A stretch of DNA of 32,000 nt from Blochmannia endosymbiont of Camponotus nipponensis (GTDB taxonomy: Bacteria; Pseudomonadota; Gammaproteobacteria; Enterobacterales; Enterobacteriaceae), in assembly GCF_009827135.1 (NCBI RefSeq), contig NZ_CP046534.1:90001-122000 (forward strand), read 5' to 3'. This document shows, in pieces, positions 20,152 through 30,983 of the stretch; position 1 is the first letter of the stretch; the number at the start of each line of letters is the position of its first letter. A program made the position numbers and the translations under genes. Below the pieces are notes generated by a model. It saw nothing but the letters and a program-made list of their open reading frames with translations. It was not told the origin of the DNA and searched no databases.

Positions 20152-20811
20152 TTACGAGATAATTGTTTTGATACCATCTTTTGTTCCAATTAATACGATA
20201 TCGGCCCGTCTCTGAGCAAATATACCAACACTTACTACTCCTGGAATATTATTAATTTTTGTCTCTAATAAAGATGCATTTGTAATCTTCATATTATATA
20301 CATCTAAAATATTATTTCCATTATCAGTAATCATATTATGCCTATATTCCGGCAATCCACCTAAACGAATCAATTCCCTTGCTACAAATGAGCGAGCCAT
20401 AGGAATCACTTCTATCGGCACTGGACCACGTCCTAATATATTTACTTGTTTACTGCTATCAACAATACAAACAAATTTTTTAGCTGCAGCAGCAATAATT
20501 TTTTCTTTAGTCAAAGCTCCACCTCCACCCTTAATCATTTGCATATGTATATCAATTTCGTCTGCGCTATCAAAATATACATCTAATTCGTGTAAACTAT
20601 TAAGATTATATAGAGGAATACCTAGCTTTTTTAATTGATTAGATGAGTGATTTGAACTAGATACTACACCTTCTATTTTATCTTTGACACTATTTAATGC
20701 TTCAATAAAATATGTCACAGTAGAACCAGTGCCTACTCCTATAACTCTGCTAAACAGAATATACTGTAAAGCCGCCCAACCTACTGATTTTTTTAATTGA
20801 TCCTTTACCAT
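20152..20811 (-). CDS. rpiA: Ribose-5-phosphate isomerase A
   Basis: 219 aa, the same length as E. coli RpiA. Motifs [49 protein letters not shown]. Confidence 0.95.
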   Translation of the reverse strand: MVKDQLKKSVGWAALQYILFSRVIGVGTGSTVTYFIEALNSVKDKIEGVVSSSNHSSNQLKKLGIPLYNLNSLHELDVYFDSADEIDIHMQMIKGGGGALTKEKIIAAAAKKFVCIVDSSKQVNILGRGPVPIEVIPMARSFVARELIRLGGLPEYRHNMITDNGNNILDVYNMKITNASLLETKINNIPGVVSVGIFAQRRADIVLIGTKDGIKTIIS

Positions 20812-21160
20812 ATGTCACCTATACGCGACGTATATTTATATATTTAGTGCATATTAATTTTAATCTATCACTGTTAATTTCTAACAATAATTTTCATTTT
20901 ATATAAGTCAAAAAATGACATTTAGTGAGAGTTAAATACCATACAACTATATAATTATTATTATTATTATATAATATACGACGATATTACATCATGACCA
21001 ACCAATTGTATGATAATCTATCTTGAAATTTAAAAAATTTAATATACTTTCAAATATATTCAATAACCTCCATTAAATTTAATAACAACATGATACTGAT
21101 ATCATTGACTACAAATCTATTCTAACGCATTTGAAAATTCTTCACTAATAAAAATTATTT

Positions 21161-22243
21161 TTATAAAACATTAATAGCATTTAAAATAGAAAATACTTTC
21201 TCTAAATGCTTAACCATCGATTTTTGTCCTGCACGAATCCAGATACGTGGATCATAAAATCTTTTATTTGGTTGATCATTTCCATATGGATTACCTAATT
21301 GAGTTTGAAGAAAATTTTTATTTTTATGGTAATACTTTAAAATCCCCTCCCAAGTGGCCCATTGAATATCAGTATCAATATTCATTTTTACAACTCCGTG
21401 CCTAATAGCTTCTCTAATTTCTTCTTTTGTAGATCCAGATCCTCCATGAAATACTAAATTCAAAAAATTATTAGGTAATCCAAATTTATTAGAAACGTGC
21501 TCCTGCGATTTCTGAAGAATTTTTGTATCTAATCGTACATTTCCTGGTTTATATACACCATGTACATTTCCGAATGATGCGGCTATAATGAATCTCGGGC
21601 TGATAATATGAAGCTTTTCATAAGCATAAGCTATATCTTCCGGATTTGTATACAATAATGAATGATTGAGATGATGATGATCTATACCGTCCTCTTCTCC
21701 TCCGGTACAACCTAGCTCTATCTCCAAAGTCATATTTAATTTATCCATACGATTTAAATACTGTGAACTAATTTCTATATTTTCTTTTAAAGATTCTTCA
21801 GATAAATCTATCATATGAGATGAAAATAATGGACTACCAGTTTCAGAAAAATGTTTTGTACCCAACTCTAATAGAGCATCGATCCAGGACAAATTTTCTT
21901 TAGCGCAATGATCAGTATGTAAAATAACAGGAATACCATAATAACTAGAAATATGATGCACATGTAAACTCCCAGAAATAGCTCCTAACACTGCTGTAGA
22001 ACAATCAACTTTGTTGTCATTTAAACCATATCCTGCCATAAAAGCAGATCCTTTTTTAGAAAATTGTAAAATAATTGGAGCTTGCATATTAACTGCAGCT
22101 TCTAATGCAGCATTAATTGAATCTATACCTATACAATTTACTGCTGGTAAAGCAAAACTATTTTCTTTTGCAAAAGAAAATATCTTCTGTACATCATTTC
22201 CAGTAACTACACCTGGCTTTACAAAATCAAGTATCTTAGTCAT
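21161..22243 (-). CDS. fbaA: Fructose-bisphosphate aldolase, class II
   Basis: 360 aa. Motifs ALPAVNC, PVILHTDHCAK, FSSHMIDLSEESL, LEIELGCTGGEEDG, FGNVHGVYKPGNV, FHGGSGST, VKMNIDTD. Confidence 0.95.
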   Translation of the reverse strand: MTKILDFVKPGVVTGNDVQKIFSFAKENSFALPAVNCIGIDSINAALEAAVNMQAPIILQFSKKGSAFMAGYGLNDNKVDCSTAVLGAISGSLHVHHISSYYGIPVILHTDHCAKENLSWIDALLELGTKHFSETGSPLFSSHMIDLSEESLKENIEISSQYLNRMDKLNMTLEIELGCTGGEEDGIDHHHLNHSLLYTNPEDIAYAYEKLHIISPRFIIAASFGNVHGVYKPGNVRLDTKILQKSQEHVSNKFGLPNNFLNLVFHGGSGSTKEEIREAIRHGVVKMNIDTDIQWATWEGILKYYHKNKNFLQTQLGNPYGNDQPNKRFYDPRIWIRAGQKSMVKHLEKVFSILNAINVL

Positions 22244-22349
22244 GTATTCTCTTCTATTTTTTAACGAACACGCCTATACAGTATTATTTTAACACATACC
22301 GTATGTATCTTTATAAAAACAACTTGTTAACCAACAACATGTATACTTT

Positions 22350-23531
22350 CTAATTATTTAAAATATGCTTTTCAAGCATATTTATTGCTGGTAACGTTTT
22401 GCCTTCAATAAATTCTAAAAAAGCACCACCTCCGGTAGAAATATAAGAAATTTGGTTGGAAACATTAAATAAATCAATAGCCATTAAAGTGTCACCTCCT
22501 CCAACAATAGAAAAAGCATCACTTTCAGCAATAGCATGAGATATCATTTCCGTACCTTTTCTGAAATTTGGAAACTCAAATACCCCAATTGGACCATTCC
22601 AAAGAATAGTTTTAGCGCAATTTAAAATATCTAATATTCGAGAAATAGATTCATCACCCAAATCAAGAATTTGCTCATCATCCTTAATGTCAACCACAGC
22701 CTTCATAGTTACCTGAGCTGTTTCAGAAAATTCCGTGCTTACTCGCACATCACTAAGAATAGGTATATCACAATGTTCTAAAAGGCGTTTTGCTGTAGGT
22801 ATCAATTCTTCTTCATATAACGATTTACCTACCTTTCTCCCTTGAGCCGCCAAAAAGGTATTTGCAATACCCCCTCCTACTATAAGATAATCTGCAATCT
22901 TTGATAAAGCATCTAAAACAATCAATTTAGTGGATACTTTAGATCCCCCAACTATCGCAACCATTGGTCTCATAGGAGAATGTAATGCCTGACCTAAAGC
23001 TTCTAATTCTTTTTGTAATAAAAGCCCAGAACAAGCTAAAGAAACAAATTTACCTATGCCATGCGTAGAAGCCTGTGTACGATGAGCGCTGCCAAATGCA
23101 TCCATGACAAACACATCACATAACATAGCATATTTCTTAGATAACATCTCATCATCTTTTTTTTCCCCTTTATTAAACCGTACATTCTCTAAAACTAACA
23201 GCTCTCCTTCTGTACAACTCACTCCTTCTAAATAATCTTTAACCAGCCGTACTTCCTTGATATCCCGCCGAGTAACCAATTTTTTTTTTAAATAATCAAC
23301 TACAGGTTGCAAAGAAAATTGCACATTATAATTTCCTTCTATTGGTCGACCCAGATGAGACATTACCATAACACGTTTACTTTGATTTAAAGCTAATTCA
23401 ATAGTAGGTAACGATGCGTGAATTTTTCTGTTAGAAGTAATAACTCCATTTTTAACAGGTACATTTAAATCAGAACGAATTAAAACACGTTTATCCGTTA
23501 GGTCTAAATCACTCATTTTAATCATAGTCAT
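22350..23531 (-). CDS. pgk: Phosphoglycerate kinase
   Basis: The listed ORF opens with TTG at 23540. The ATG at 23531 gives [25 protein letters not shown], matching E. coli [25 protein letters not shown], and AAAAGG lies upstream. Other motifs: [27 protein letters not shown]. It lies 106 nt upstream of fbaA, in the pgk-fbaA order seen in E. coli. Confidence 0.95.
   Translation of the reverse strand: MTMIKMSDLDLTDKRVLIRSDLNVPVKNGVITSNRKIHASLPTIELALNQSKRVMVMSHLGRPIEGNYNVQFSLQPVVDYLKKKLVTRRDIKEVRLVKDYLEGVSCTEGELLVLENVRFNKGEKKDDEMLSKKYAMLCDVFVMDAFGSAHRTQASTHGIGKFVSLACSGLLLQKELEALGQALHSPMRPMVAIVGGSKVSTKLIVLDALSKIADYLIVGGGIANTFLAAQGRKVGKSLYEEELIPTAKRLLEHCDIPILSDVRVSTEFSETAQVTMKAVVDIKDDEQILDLGDESISRILDILNCAKTILWNGPIGVFEFPNFRKGTEMISHAIAESDAFSIVGGGDTLMAIDLFNVSNQISYISTGGGAFLEFIEGKTLPAINMLEKHILNN
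23280..23289 (-). repeat. A10 homopolymer on the pgk coding strand (LKKKL)
   Basis: Counted directly: T-run 23280..23289 on the + strand, in frame. Confidence 0.95.
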
Positions 23532-23958
23532 GATGGGCAACCTTTTATGTATAAAACAATATAAACAATTATATATTAATGGTTAAAACATCTTTCTCTT
23601 ACTACATATTGTGCTTAATAAATTATTTGAAAACTAAAAAATGGAAACTGTAAAAATTTACATATCATTAATAGTTACAATATACTGATATATGCGCATG
23701 TATGAAGAAAAACATGTAATGTACTTTTAAAAATAAAATTATTACTAATTTGCTGAATAATAATCTGATTTATAATTACTTATGACTTTAAGTATACATG
23801 ATCATATATTCATTAAACATATCATACCACTACTTTTATAGTATCACTTAGTATCAGTATCACGTTACGCATGCAAAAAACAGTATAATTTATTATTTGA
23901 TGATATATCATCAAATAAAAGCATTCAAATAACAAATAATATATAGAAATTAATTTCT

Positions 23959-24879
23959 CTAACTTTTCTTTGATTTCACTTGAGTATAAAGCATTTCCAA
24001 TCCTAATGTAGCAGCTGCTAAAGCAGTGATTTGTGCGCAATCATAAGCTGGAGCTACTTCTACTAAATCAATACCTATAATATTTAAATTTTGAAAACCT
24101 CGTATTAACTTCAGCACACGGTAACTCGTTAATCCTCCAATTACTGGAGTTCCAGTTCCAGGAGCTATAGCTGGATCTAAACAATCAATATCAAAAGTTA
24201 AATATATTGGAAAAGATCTAACAACTGATTTTATTTTATTTATGATAATATCTATATTAGTATCATTAACATATTCTACGTCTAACACTGTGAATCCAAA
24301 ATGCTTCTTATATTCGGTGCGAATACCAATTTGTATCGAATGCATAGGATCTATCAATTCTTCGTTAATCGCATGTAACATAACAACACCATGATCATAT
24401 TTGCCGTTATCATCGTAATAATCTGCATGTGCGTCAAAATGTATCATTGCCATTTTTCCGAAAATTTTTGCATACGCACGTAATATAGGTAATGTAATAT
24501 AATGATCTCCTCCAAGCGATAACATTTTTTTTTTAGACATTAACAAACGTTCAGCATGATTTTTTAAAGACTTTATAAAATCTTGTATGTCTCCAGATTT
24601 ATATACTACATCTCCGCAATCAATTACATGTAGCTGTTCACGTACATTAAAATCCCAGGGCCAACGAAAATGTTCCCAAGCTAAATTTAGAGACGCCTGT
24701 CGGATAGCAGTTGGCCCAAATCTACTGCCTGCACGCCCAGAAGTAGCCATGTCAAAAGGAACGCCAGTAATTACCCATTCACTACTACTACTATAAGGAT
24801 CAAATTCTAATGGAAATCGCAAAAAACCAAAGGCATTTGAAAATAAGGAATTATCATTTTGATAATTTAAAGTACACAT
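23959..24879 (-). CDS. speB: Agmatinase (ureohydrolase family)
   Basis: 306 aa, the same length as E. coli SpeB. Motifs [79 protein letters not shown]. All Mn-ligand motifs are present. Confidence 0.93.
   Translation of the reverse strand: MCTLNYQNDNSLFSNAFGFLRFPLEFDPYSSSSEWVITGVPFDMATSGRAGSRFGPTAIRQASLNLAWEHFRWPWDFNVREQLHVIDCGDVVYKSGDIQDFIKSLKNHAERLLMSKKKMLSLGGDHYITLPILRAYAKIFGKMAMIHFDAHADYYDDNGKYDHGVVMLHAINEELIDPMHSIQIGIRTEYKKHFGFTVLDVEYVNDTNIDIIINKIKSVVRSFPIYLTFDIDCLDPAIAPGTGTPVIGGLTSYRVLKLIRGFQNLNIIGIDLVEVAPAYDCAQITALAAATLGLEMLYTQVKSKKS
24525..24534 (-). repeat. A10 homopolymer on the speB coding strand (SKKKM)
   Basis: Counted directly: T-run 24525..24534 on the + strand, in frame. Confidence 0.95.
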
Positions 24880-25640
24880 GTATTTCCTTTCTTAATGAAT
24901 ATTAAAACAATTTATTATATATATAAAATATAGTTTAAGTAAAACTAAATGAATATTTATTTAAATTGATATTTAAATTTTTTCATACAATCCGTCGATC
25001 AAAGTAAAACATCAGATAGGTCTACAAATTTAAAAAATTTTAAGAATATATTTAAATTAACCTATATTATAAAGTGAGATCTTATCCATACAGTATCTTA
25101 TATTGATAGCTTATAAATAAAAATATATCTTCATTTATTTTCCATTTAGTGTTATTTAAACACATAACACAGCAAATATCACTTTTAAAGAATGCTACAT
25201 CAGATATTTAATTCATATAATTATTAAATATTTATAAAAATTTAAAAAATCACTCATACAATGAGATTATAGTATGAATAATTTCCAATACTCTTAATAA
25301 ACTCATTAAACTACGTATTGAATAATAAAATGAATAGATATATGGAAACTGAATTAGTATGGTATGTTTCCATAAATCACAGATCAAAAATATCAAAATA
25401 AAAAATATTTACAAAAAATATTTATCGTAACCTATTTATAAATCACACAAATACCACCTCAACATCTGATATCATAAATTTAATAATACTAAAATTATAA
25501 GCAATATGAAATAAATTGTGGTATTTTAAAATTCATATAAAATAACTTATGCATATATTTTTACCCGCATATGTTTGATGCACCTATATTCAGTTACATT
25601 ACTAATAAGTTTAAAATTTTATACTAAAAGGATATAATAA

Positions 25641-26807
25641 ATGACACAATATTTATTCACATCTGAATCTGTGTCAGAAGGGCATCCAGATAAAATTGCA
25701 GATCAAATTTCTGATGCTGTATTAGATTCTATTTTAGCACAGGATTCAAGAGCCCGTGTTGCATGCGAAACATACATTAAAACAGGTATAGTATTAATGG
25801 GGGGAGAAATTACTACTACTGCTTGGGTAAATATGGAAGAAATCGCTAGAAATACCATTCGTGATATTGGTTATATTCATGCAGATATGGGATTTGATGC
25901 AAATTCCTGCGTAATATTAAGCGTAATCAATAAACAATCTTCCGAGATTCAATGTAGTATTGATCACGGTGATGCCTTACAACAAGGAGCGGGTGATCAG
26001 GGATCAATGTTTGGATACGCTACTAATGAAACTAATGTTTTCATGCCTGCTCCAATAACATATGCGCACCGTTTAATTAAAAGAAACTCCCAAATGAGGA
26101 AAAGTGGAGTTTTACCCTGGTTAGGATTAGACGCTAAAAGTCAAGTAACCGTTGCTTATGAAAATGGAAAAATCATTGGTATCACTGCAGTTGTATTGTC
26201 GATACAACACGCTTATGATATAAAGCTAGTAGATCTACAAGAAGCTGCTATGGAAGAAATTATCAAACCCGTATTACCTAAAAAATGGATTTCTAATAAT
26301 ACTAAATTTTTTATTAATCCCGGTGGTCGATTTGTTATTGGTGGACCTATTAGTGACTGTGGTTTAACTGGAAGAAAAATTATTGTAGATACTTATGGAG
26401 GTATGGCTAGACATGGAGGTGGGTCTTTTTCTGGAAAAGACCCATCGAAAGTAGATCGCTCGGCTGCTTATGGAGCAAGATATGTCGCTAAAAACATTGT
26501 GGCAGCTGGATTAGCAGATCGTTGCGAACTCCAAATATCTTATGCAATTGGCATACCACATCCAGTTTCTATTAACATTGAAACTTTTGGTACAGAAAAA
26601 ACTTCACATGACATCTTAATGAGATTAATAAATAACTTTTTTGATTTTCGTCCTTACAATTTAGTTACTATGTTAGATTTATTAAAACCAATTTATAAAG
26701 AAACAGCTGTTTATGGGCATTTTGGTCGTGAACATTTTCCTTGGGAAAAAATTGATAAAGCAGAGCTTCTTCGTGAAGAAGCTGGTTTAAAGTTTAAATC
26801 TTCGTAA
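25641..26807 (+). CDS. metK: S-adenosylmethionine synthetase
   Basis: 388 aa. Motifs [77 protein letters not shown] lies upstream of the ATG. Confidence 0.97.
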   Translation: MTQYLFTSESVSEGHPDKIADQISDAVLDSILAQDSRARVACETYIKTGIVLMGGEITTTAWVNMEEIARNTIRDIGYIHADMGFDANSCVILSVINKQSSEIQCSIDHGDALQQGAGDQGSMFGYATNETNVFMPAPITYAHRLIKRNSQMRKSGVLPWLGLDAKSQVTVAYENGKIIGITAVVLSIQHAYDIKLVDLQEAAMEEIIKPVLPKKWISNNTKFFINPGGRFVIGGPISDCGLTGRKIIVDTYGGMARHGGGSFSGKDPSKVDRSAAYGARYVAKNIVAAGLADRCELQISYAIGIPHPVSINIETFGTEKTSHDILMRLINNFFDFRPYNLVTMLDLLKPIYKETAVYGHFGREHFPWEKIDKAELLREEAGLKFKSS

Positions 26808-27552
26808 TAATATTCAATATACTTATCGTTTTAATGAATACATAATGGTTTTACTAACATGTGATATACTACCAATCAATCAACAAACATAAAAAAATAC
26901 TTATATACTGATGATAAAAATGAACTTTATACACATATTATTCTCTTTCTATATAAAATCAATTTTTAATTTTTTATGGTAATATAAGTATTATTGTTTA
27001 AGTATATGCAATCACTAAAAAATCAATGTTCATATAATTTATTATTTTTGTAAAATTAAAAATTATAATAAATCATTGCACACATAATAAATAAATTACA
27101 AACTAAATAACTAATTAATTTTTCAAAATTCATGTTAAAAATCACTAAAATAACTGTATCAAAGTACAATTTTCCGATGATGTAGACATATTAATATATA
27201 CATTGATTTTAATTGATTAATAATATTTTTTGAAAAATAAAAAATAAAAAAAATACTGCTTTGAAAGATACACATTAACAAAACCTATAATTAATTATTA
27301 ATTTTTAAGACTTAGAGTTTATTAGTTTAGTGAAAAAATTTTAAAATATTTTGATTATAAATGTTATTTTTAACAAAAAACATAGATAATTTTTTATAGT
27401 CGATAAAAAATTAATATTTACACTGAATCGCAGTATATACATAAAATAATCAATATAATAATTACAACAAAAGTATGGACTATTTAAAAAAAAATGATTA
27501 AATTATGATCTTTCAAAGTTATATTTTCCACAAATAGATTTTACAGTAATTT

Positions 27553-28134
27553 ATGCTAACACATGAAATAACAAACTTACAAAATCATTTTCTAATAGCT
27601 ATGCCCGCCTTGCAAGATCCATTATTTAAACAATCCGTGGTGTACATTTGCGAACACAACGATACAGGCGCTATGGGCATTGTCATCAACAAACCAGTTG
27701 AACGATGTACCGTAGAAACTATATTAAACAACCTGAAAGTTACCTCTCCTATACGAGATCCGTCTATTCGATTAGATAAGCCAGTATTTTCTGGGGGCCC
27801 TTTATTAGATGATCGAGGTTTTATTTTACATACTCCCAAAAAAGGTTTTGGATCTAGTGTGAATATTTCTTCAAAAGCTATGATCACTACATCTAAAGAC
27901 ATATTAGAAACTTTAGGAACCCCTAATCAACCACAAGATGTATTAGTAGCGCTGGGTTATTCTGGCTGGTCTCAAGGACAATTAGAACATGAATTAATGG
28001 AAAATACCTGGCTGACTGCTCCAGCCAATGAAACAATTTTATTTCATACCCCTGTTGTTGCTCGTTGGCGCGCAGCTGCAAAAATATTAGGCATTGATAT
28101 TTGTAATATTGCCGATCATACAGGCCATGCATGA
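27553..28134 (+). CDS. yqgE: UPF0301 family protein YqgE
   Basis: [40 protein letters not shown] and [15 protein letters not shown] match E. coli YqgE. The stop is TGA (28132..28134). Confidence 0.9.
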   Translation: MLTHEITNLQNHFLIAMPALQDPLFKQSVVYICEHNDTGAMGIVINKPVERCTVETILNNLKVTSPIRDPSIRLDKPVFSGGPLLDDRGFILHTPKKGFGSSVNISSKAMITTSKDILETLGTPNQPQDVLVALGYSGWSQGQLEHELMENTWLTAPANETILFHTPVVARWRAAAKILGIDICNIADHTGHA

Positions 28135-28559
28135 TGTCAATTATCGATATAATCATAGGTTTTGATTTTGGTACTAAACACATAGGAGTAGCAATTGGTC
28201 AAAAATTAACTTATACCGTACGACCTCTCACTGTGTTACAATCTCAGTTTGGTGTACCTAATTGGGATCAAATCAAAGATATTTATAATACATGGACACC
28301 AAAAATATTAGTAGTAGGATTACCTCTGAAGATAGATGGAAGTGAACAACCGGTTACTGTTTTAGCAAAACAATTCGCTAAAAAACTAAGAAAAATACTT
28401 CCTGTTACAGTCAATATGCACGATGAACGTTTTAGCACAAGTGAGGCACGTTTAGATTATTTTAAGTATTACCATAATTCTTCATATATCCGACAAGATG
28501 TTAAAATAAATGCAATTGCAGCTGGAATAATTTTAAAAAGCTGGTTAAATCAATCTTAA
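28131..28559 (+). CDS. ruvX: Putative pre-16S rRNA nuclease / Holliday-junction-resolvase-like protein YqgF (RuvX)
   Basis: [29 protein letters not shown] and [11 protein letters not shown] match YqgF. Its ATG overlaps the yqgE stop (ATGA, 28131..28134), which suggests translational coupling. Confidence 0.9.
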   Translation: MMSIIDIIIGFDFGTKHIGVAIGQKLTYTVRPLTVLQSQFGVPNWDQIKDIYNTWTPKILVVGLPLKIDGSEQPVTVLAKQFAKKLRKILPVTVNMHDERFSTSEARLDYFKYYHNSSYIRQDVKINAIAAGIILKSWLNQS

Positions 28560-29379
28560 ATATAAAAAATAATCTTTATATATTAAGTGCCATTTAACAT
28601 GATAATTGATATTGATCATATCATACGAATCATATTAACATGTTCAATAATATCAAAGATAAAATGGTAATATAAAATTTTTCATTAAAATATAAATAAT
28701 ATTTAATACTTGTATCTTCACATATACATTATTAAGATATAAATTTTAATAAAAATTAACAGTTTTAAAGTGTAAATTAATTTTTAGAAAATAAAGATAA
28801 TAAATTCATATGATTCTATCGATAGTATATAATTTTAAAATTAAAAATAAAAAAATTTCATTAAATTTTAAAAATCAACTACACAAATCATATTTAAAAG
28901 GTATTTATTTATTCCCTGTTGTGTACATTATTATTAAACCAATATCAATATAAAAATAAAATTTAAATTAAAATTGCTACAACGAATAGAATCTAATGTT
29001 CTTAACAATAAAAAAATCAATAACTTTTACAAAGTTGTATATCTTTGTTAAAAAATATACATTAAACTATAAATACTGTGTTTTAGTAATTGTAAAAGAA
29101 TAGACTATTAAATTTTTCTAAAAAAAGCGCATTAACTATATCGAAAGCTAATTAAAATATATATTATATAATCAGCTGTTAGTTTTTACATGAATTCATA
29201 TTTTGTTATGTTAAAAAATCTACAATTGCTTTTTAAAATATATCGATAACGTATCTACTACTACATCTTAGATATAATCATTTTTAACTTAAAAAAATGT
29301 CTTTTAATGGAGTTTAAATAATTTAAAAAACAATATATTACGTTTTACATACCCTTAATTTTATATTCACAAAAATTAC

Positions 29380-30429
29380 ATGGATCAAAACTTTATTTTT
29401 TCAAAAAAAATATTGCTTTGGTATCGAACATTCAGAATACAAGATTTACCATGGCAACTAAATAAAACAATGTATAAAACTTGGTTGTCTGAGATCATGC
29501 TACAACAAACTCAAGTAAAAACTGTAATTCTGTATTATGAACGATTTATTAGAAGATTTCCCACTATTATACAATTAGCAAAAGCAGAATTAGACGAAAT
29601 ATTATTTTTATGGAGTGGACTAGGTTATTATACACGAGCTAGAAATCTGCATAAAACAGCTAAAATTATCGTTAATCATTATCAAGGCAATTTTCCAAGA
29701 GATTTTGATAAACTTGTTGCGTTACCTGGTATCGGAAAATCTACTGCAGGGGCTATATTGTCATTAACATTAGACCAACACTATCCTATTCTTGATAGTA
29801 ATATAAAACGAATACTAATTAGATATTATACTCTTGATTATTATTTATCAGAAAACAAGTCTGAGACAAATAACACATTATGGTTATTAAGTAAACAATT
29901 ATTACCTACCTTGGAAATCTCTGCTTTTAATCAAGCCATGATGGACCTTGGAAGGTTAATATGTACTAACACGTCTCCGATATGTAACCACTGCCCTCTT
30001 CAAGAAGATTGTCAAGCTTTTTTAACTCACCGTGTTCATCAATATCCCAAGAAAAAACCTCAAAAAAAATTAATTAAAAAAACTATCTGGTTATTAGTAC
30101 TGTTATTACAACAGTACCAAACAAAAAAAATATGGCTTGAGAAACGATCATATCAGGGAATATGGGGGGGATTATTTTGTTTTCCTGAATTTCCCAGCCC
30201 TAATATGCTAAATATATGGCTATCAAAGCATAATCTTCATAATAATCCACATACATACTTACCCAGTTTAAAACATAAATTAAGCAATATTGACTTAGAA
30301 ATTAAACCAATATTACTGAATTTATGCAAAAAATTAAATTATACAAAAAATGGGATTTGGTATAATTTGTCAAATCCTCCAATTATTGGATTACCTAAAC
30401 CAATTTCTGTAATGCTACAGAAATTATAG
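29380..30429 (+). CDS. mutY: Adenine DNA glycosylase MutY
   Basis: 349 aa. Motifs LPWQLNKTMYKTWLSEIMLQQTQV (catalytic Glu), GLGYYTRARNLHK, LPGIGKSTAGAILS (HhH), PILDSNIKR (catalytic Asp). The 4Fe-4S ligands are present as ICTNTSPICNHCPLQEDC (C-x6-C-x2-C-x5-C). WGGLFCFPEF marks the C-terminal Nudix-like domain. Confidence 0.92.
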   Translation: MDQNFIFSKKILLWYRTFRIQDLPWQLNKTMYKTWLSEIMLQQTQVKTVILYYERFIRRFPTIIQLAKAELDEILFLWSGLGYYTRARNLHKTAKIIVNHYQGNFPRDFDKLVALPGIGKSTAGAILSLTLDQHYPILDSNIKRILIRYYTLDYYLSENKSETNNTLWLLSKQLLPTLEISAFNQAMMDLGRLICTNTSPICNHCPLQEDCQAFLTHRVHQYPKKKPQKKLIKKTIWLLVLLLQQYQTKKIWLEKRSYQGIWGGLFCFPEFPSPNMLNIWLSKHNLHNNPHTYLPSLKHKLSNIDLEIKPILLNLCKKLNYTKNGIWYNLSNPPIIGLPKPISVMLQKL

Positions 30430-30498
30430 TTGTAATATAAAAATGTTAAAAATTTAAACCTCTACCAAAATACTGATTCTAATGAGAGATTTCTAATA

Positions 30499-30753
30499 AT
30501 GTCTAAAATAATTTATTGTGTCTTTTTAAAAAAAAAATCTGAAGGATTAGATGCTCCATGTTATCCAGGAGCACTAGGAAAATACATTTATGAACATATT
30601 TCTAAAACTGCATGGATGCAATGGCAAAATAAACAAACTATTTTAATAAATGAAAATAAACTGAACATGATGAATATTACAGATCGCATGATGCTGGAAA
30701 AAGAAATGAAAACTTTTCTATTTGGAGAAAATTTTTCAATAAAAAGTAAGTAA
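30499..30753 (+). CDS. yggX: Fe(2+)-trafficking / oxidative-damage protection protein YggX
   Basis: 84 aa. [18 protein letters not shown]...[38 protein letters not shown] matches E. coli YggX. It lies 69 nt downstream of mutY, as in E. coli. Confidence 0.9.
   Translation: MSKIIYCVFLKKKSEGLDAPCYPGALGKYIYEHISKTAWMQWQNKQTILINENKLNMMNITDRMMLEKEMKTFLFGENFSIKSK
30528..30537 (+). repeat. A10 homopolymer in yggX (TTA AAA AAA AAA TCT = LKKKS)
   Basis: Counted directly: A-run 30528..30537, in frame. Confidence 0.95.
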
Positions 30754-30983
30754 TGAATGACTACAACGCTCCTATATTAATTACACATGGTTATTAACTA
30801 ACTAAGGCACAACTACATACACAATAATTATAAATCAACAACCAATATTTTCACGTAAGCTTCTCCAAATGTTAAATTCACCACAATACGATTATTATAA
30901 TCATGACTGTATTTATTCACAATTTATAATAATATCATGTGTCACAATCGTTAATGCTGATATTTATCAAAAGTAGTGCATTT

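Noticed and set aside
20954-20970. (ATT)n microsatellite of about 5.7 units in the rpiA-fbaA spacer.
   Set aside because: It is a short simple-sequence repeat expected in A/T-rich non-coding DNA, with no flanking structure.
23822-24040. 72-aa minus-strand ORF overlapping the speB 3' end.
   Set aside because: It overlaps speB in another frame, is low-complexity, and has no SD or recognisable motif.
907-24796. Other embedded antisense ORFs: 907..1125, 5788..5994, 8782..9021, 12480..12674, 14693..14902, 19657..19839, 22011..22292, 24587..24796.
   Set aside because: Each is fully nested in a confidently identified gene on the opposite strand, is short (60 to 93 aa), and has no recognisable domain.
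25541-25640. A possible regulatory element upstream of metK (repeated GCATAT-like hexamers; looked for MetJ boxes or a SAM riboswitch).
   Set aside because: There is no AGACGTCT-like MetJ box and no GC-rich riboswitch-like helices. The hexamer recurrence is too short to distinguish from chance.
27259-27518. Exact 11-nt inverted repeat, CTTTGAAAGAT (27259..27269) and ATCTTTCAAAG (27508..27518), in the metK-yqgE spacer.
   Set aside because: The arms are about 240 nt apart and are not extended by flanking complementarity. A rough estimate suggests a match of this length is expected by chance in a 745-nt A/T-rich interval.
27585-28183. Two minus-strand ORFs (27585..27902, 105 aa; 27923..28183, 86 aa) antisense to yqgE and the ruvX start.
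   Set aside because: They lie entirely within well-conserved plus-strand genes and have no recognisable motifs. Open antisense frames of this kind are expected in the somewhat more GC-rich coding stretches.
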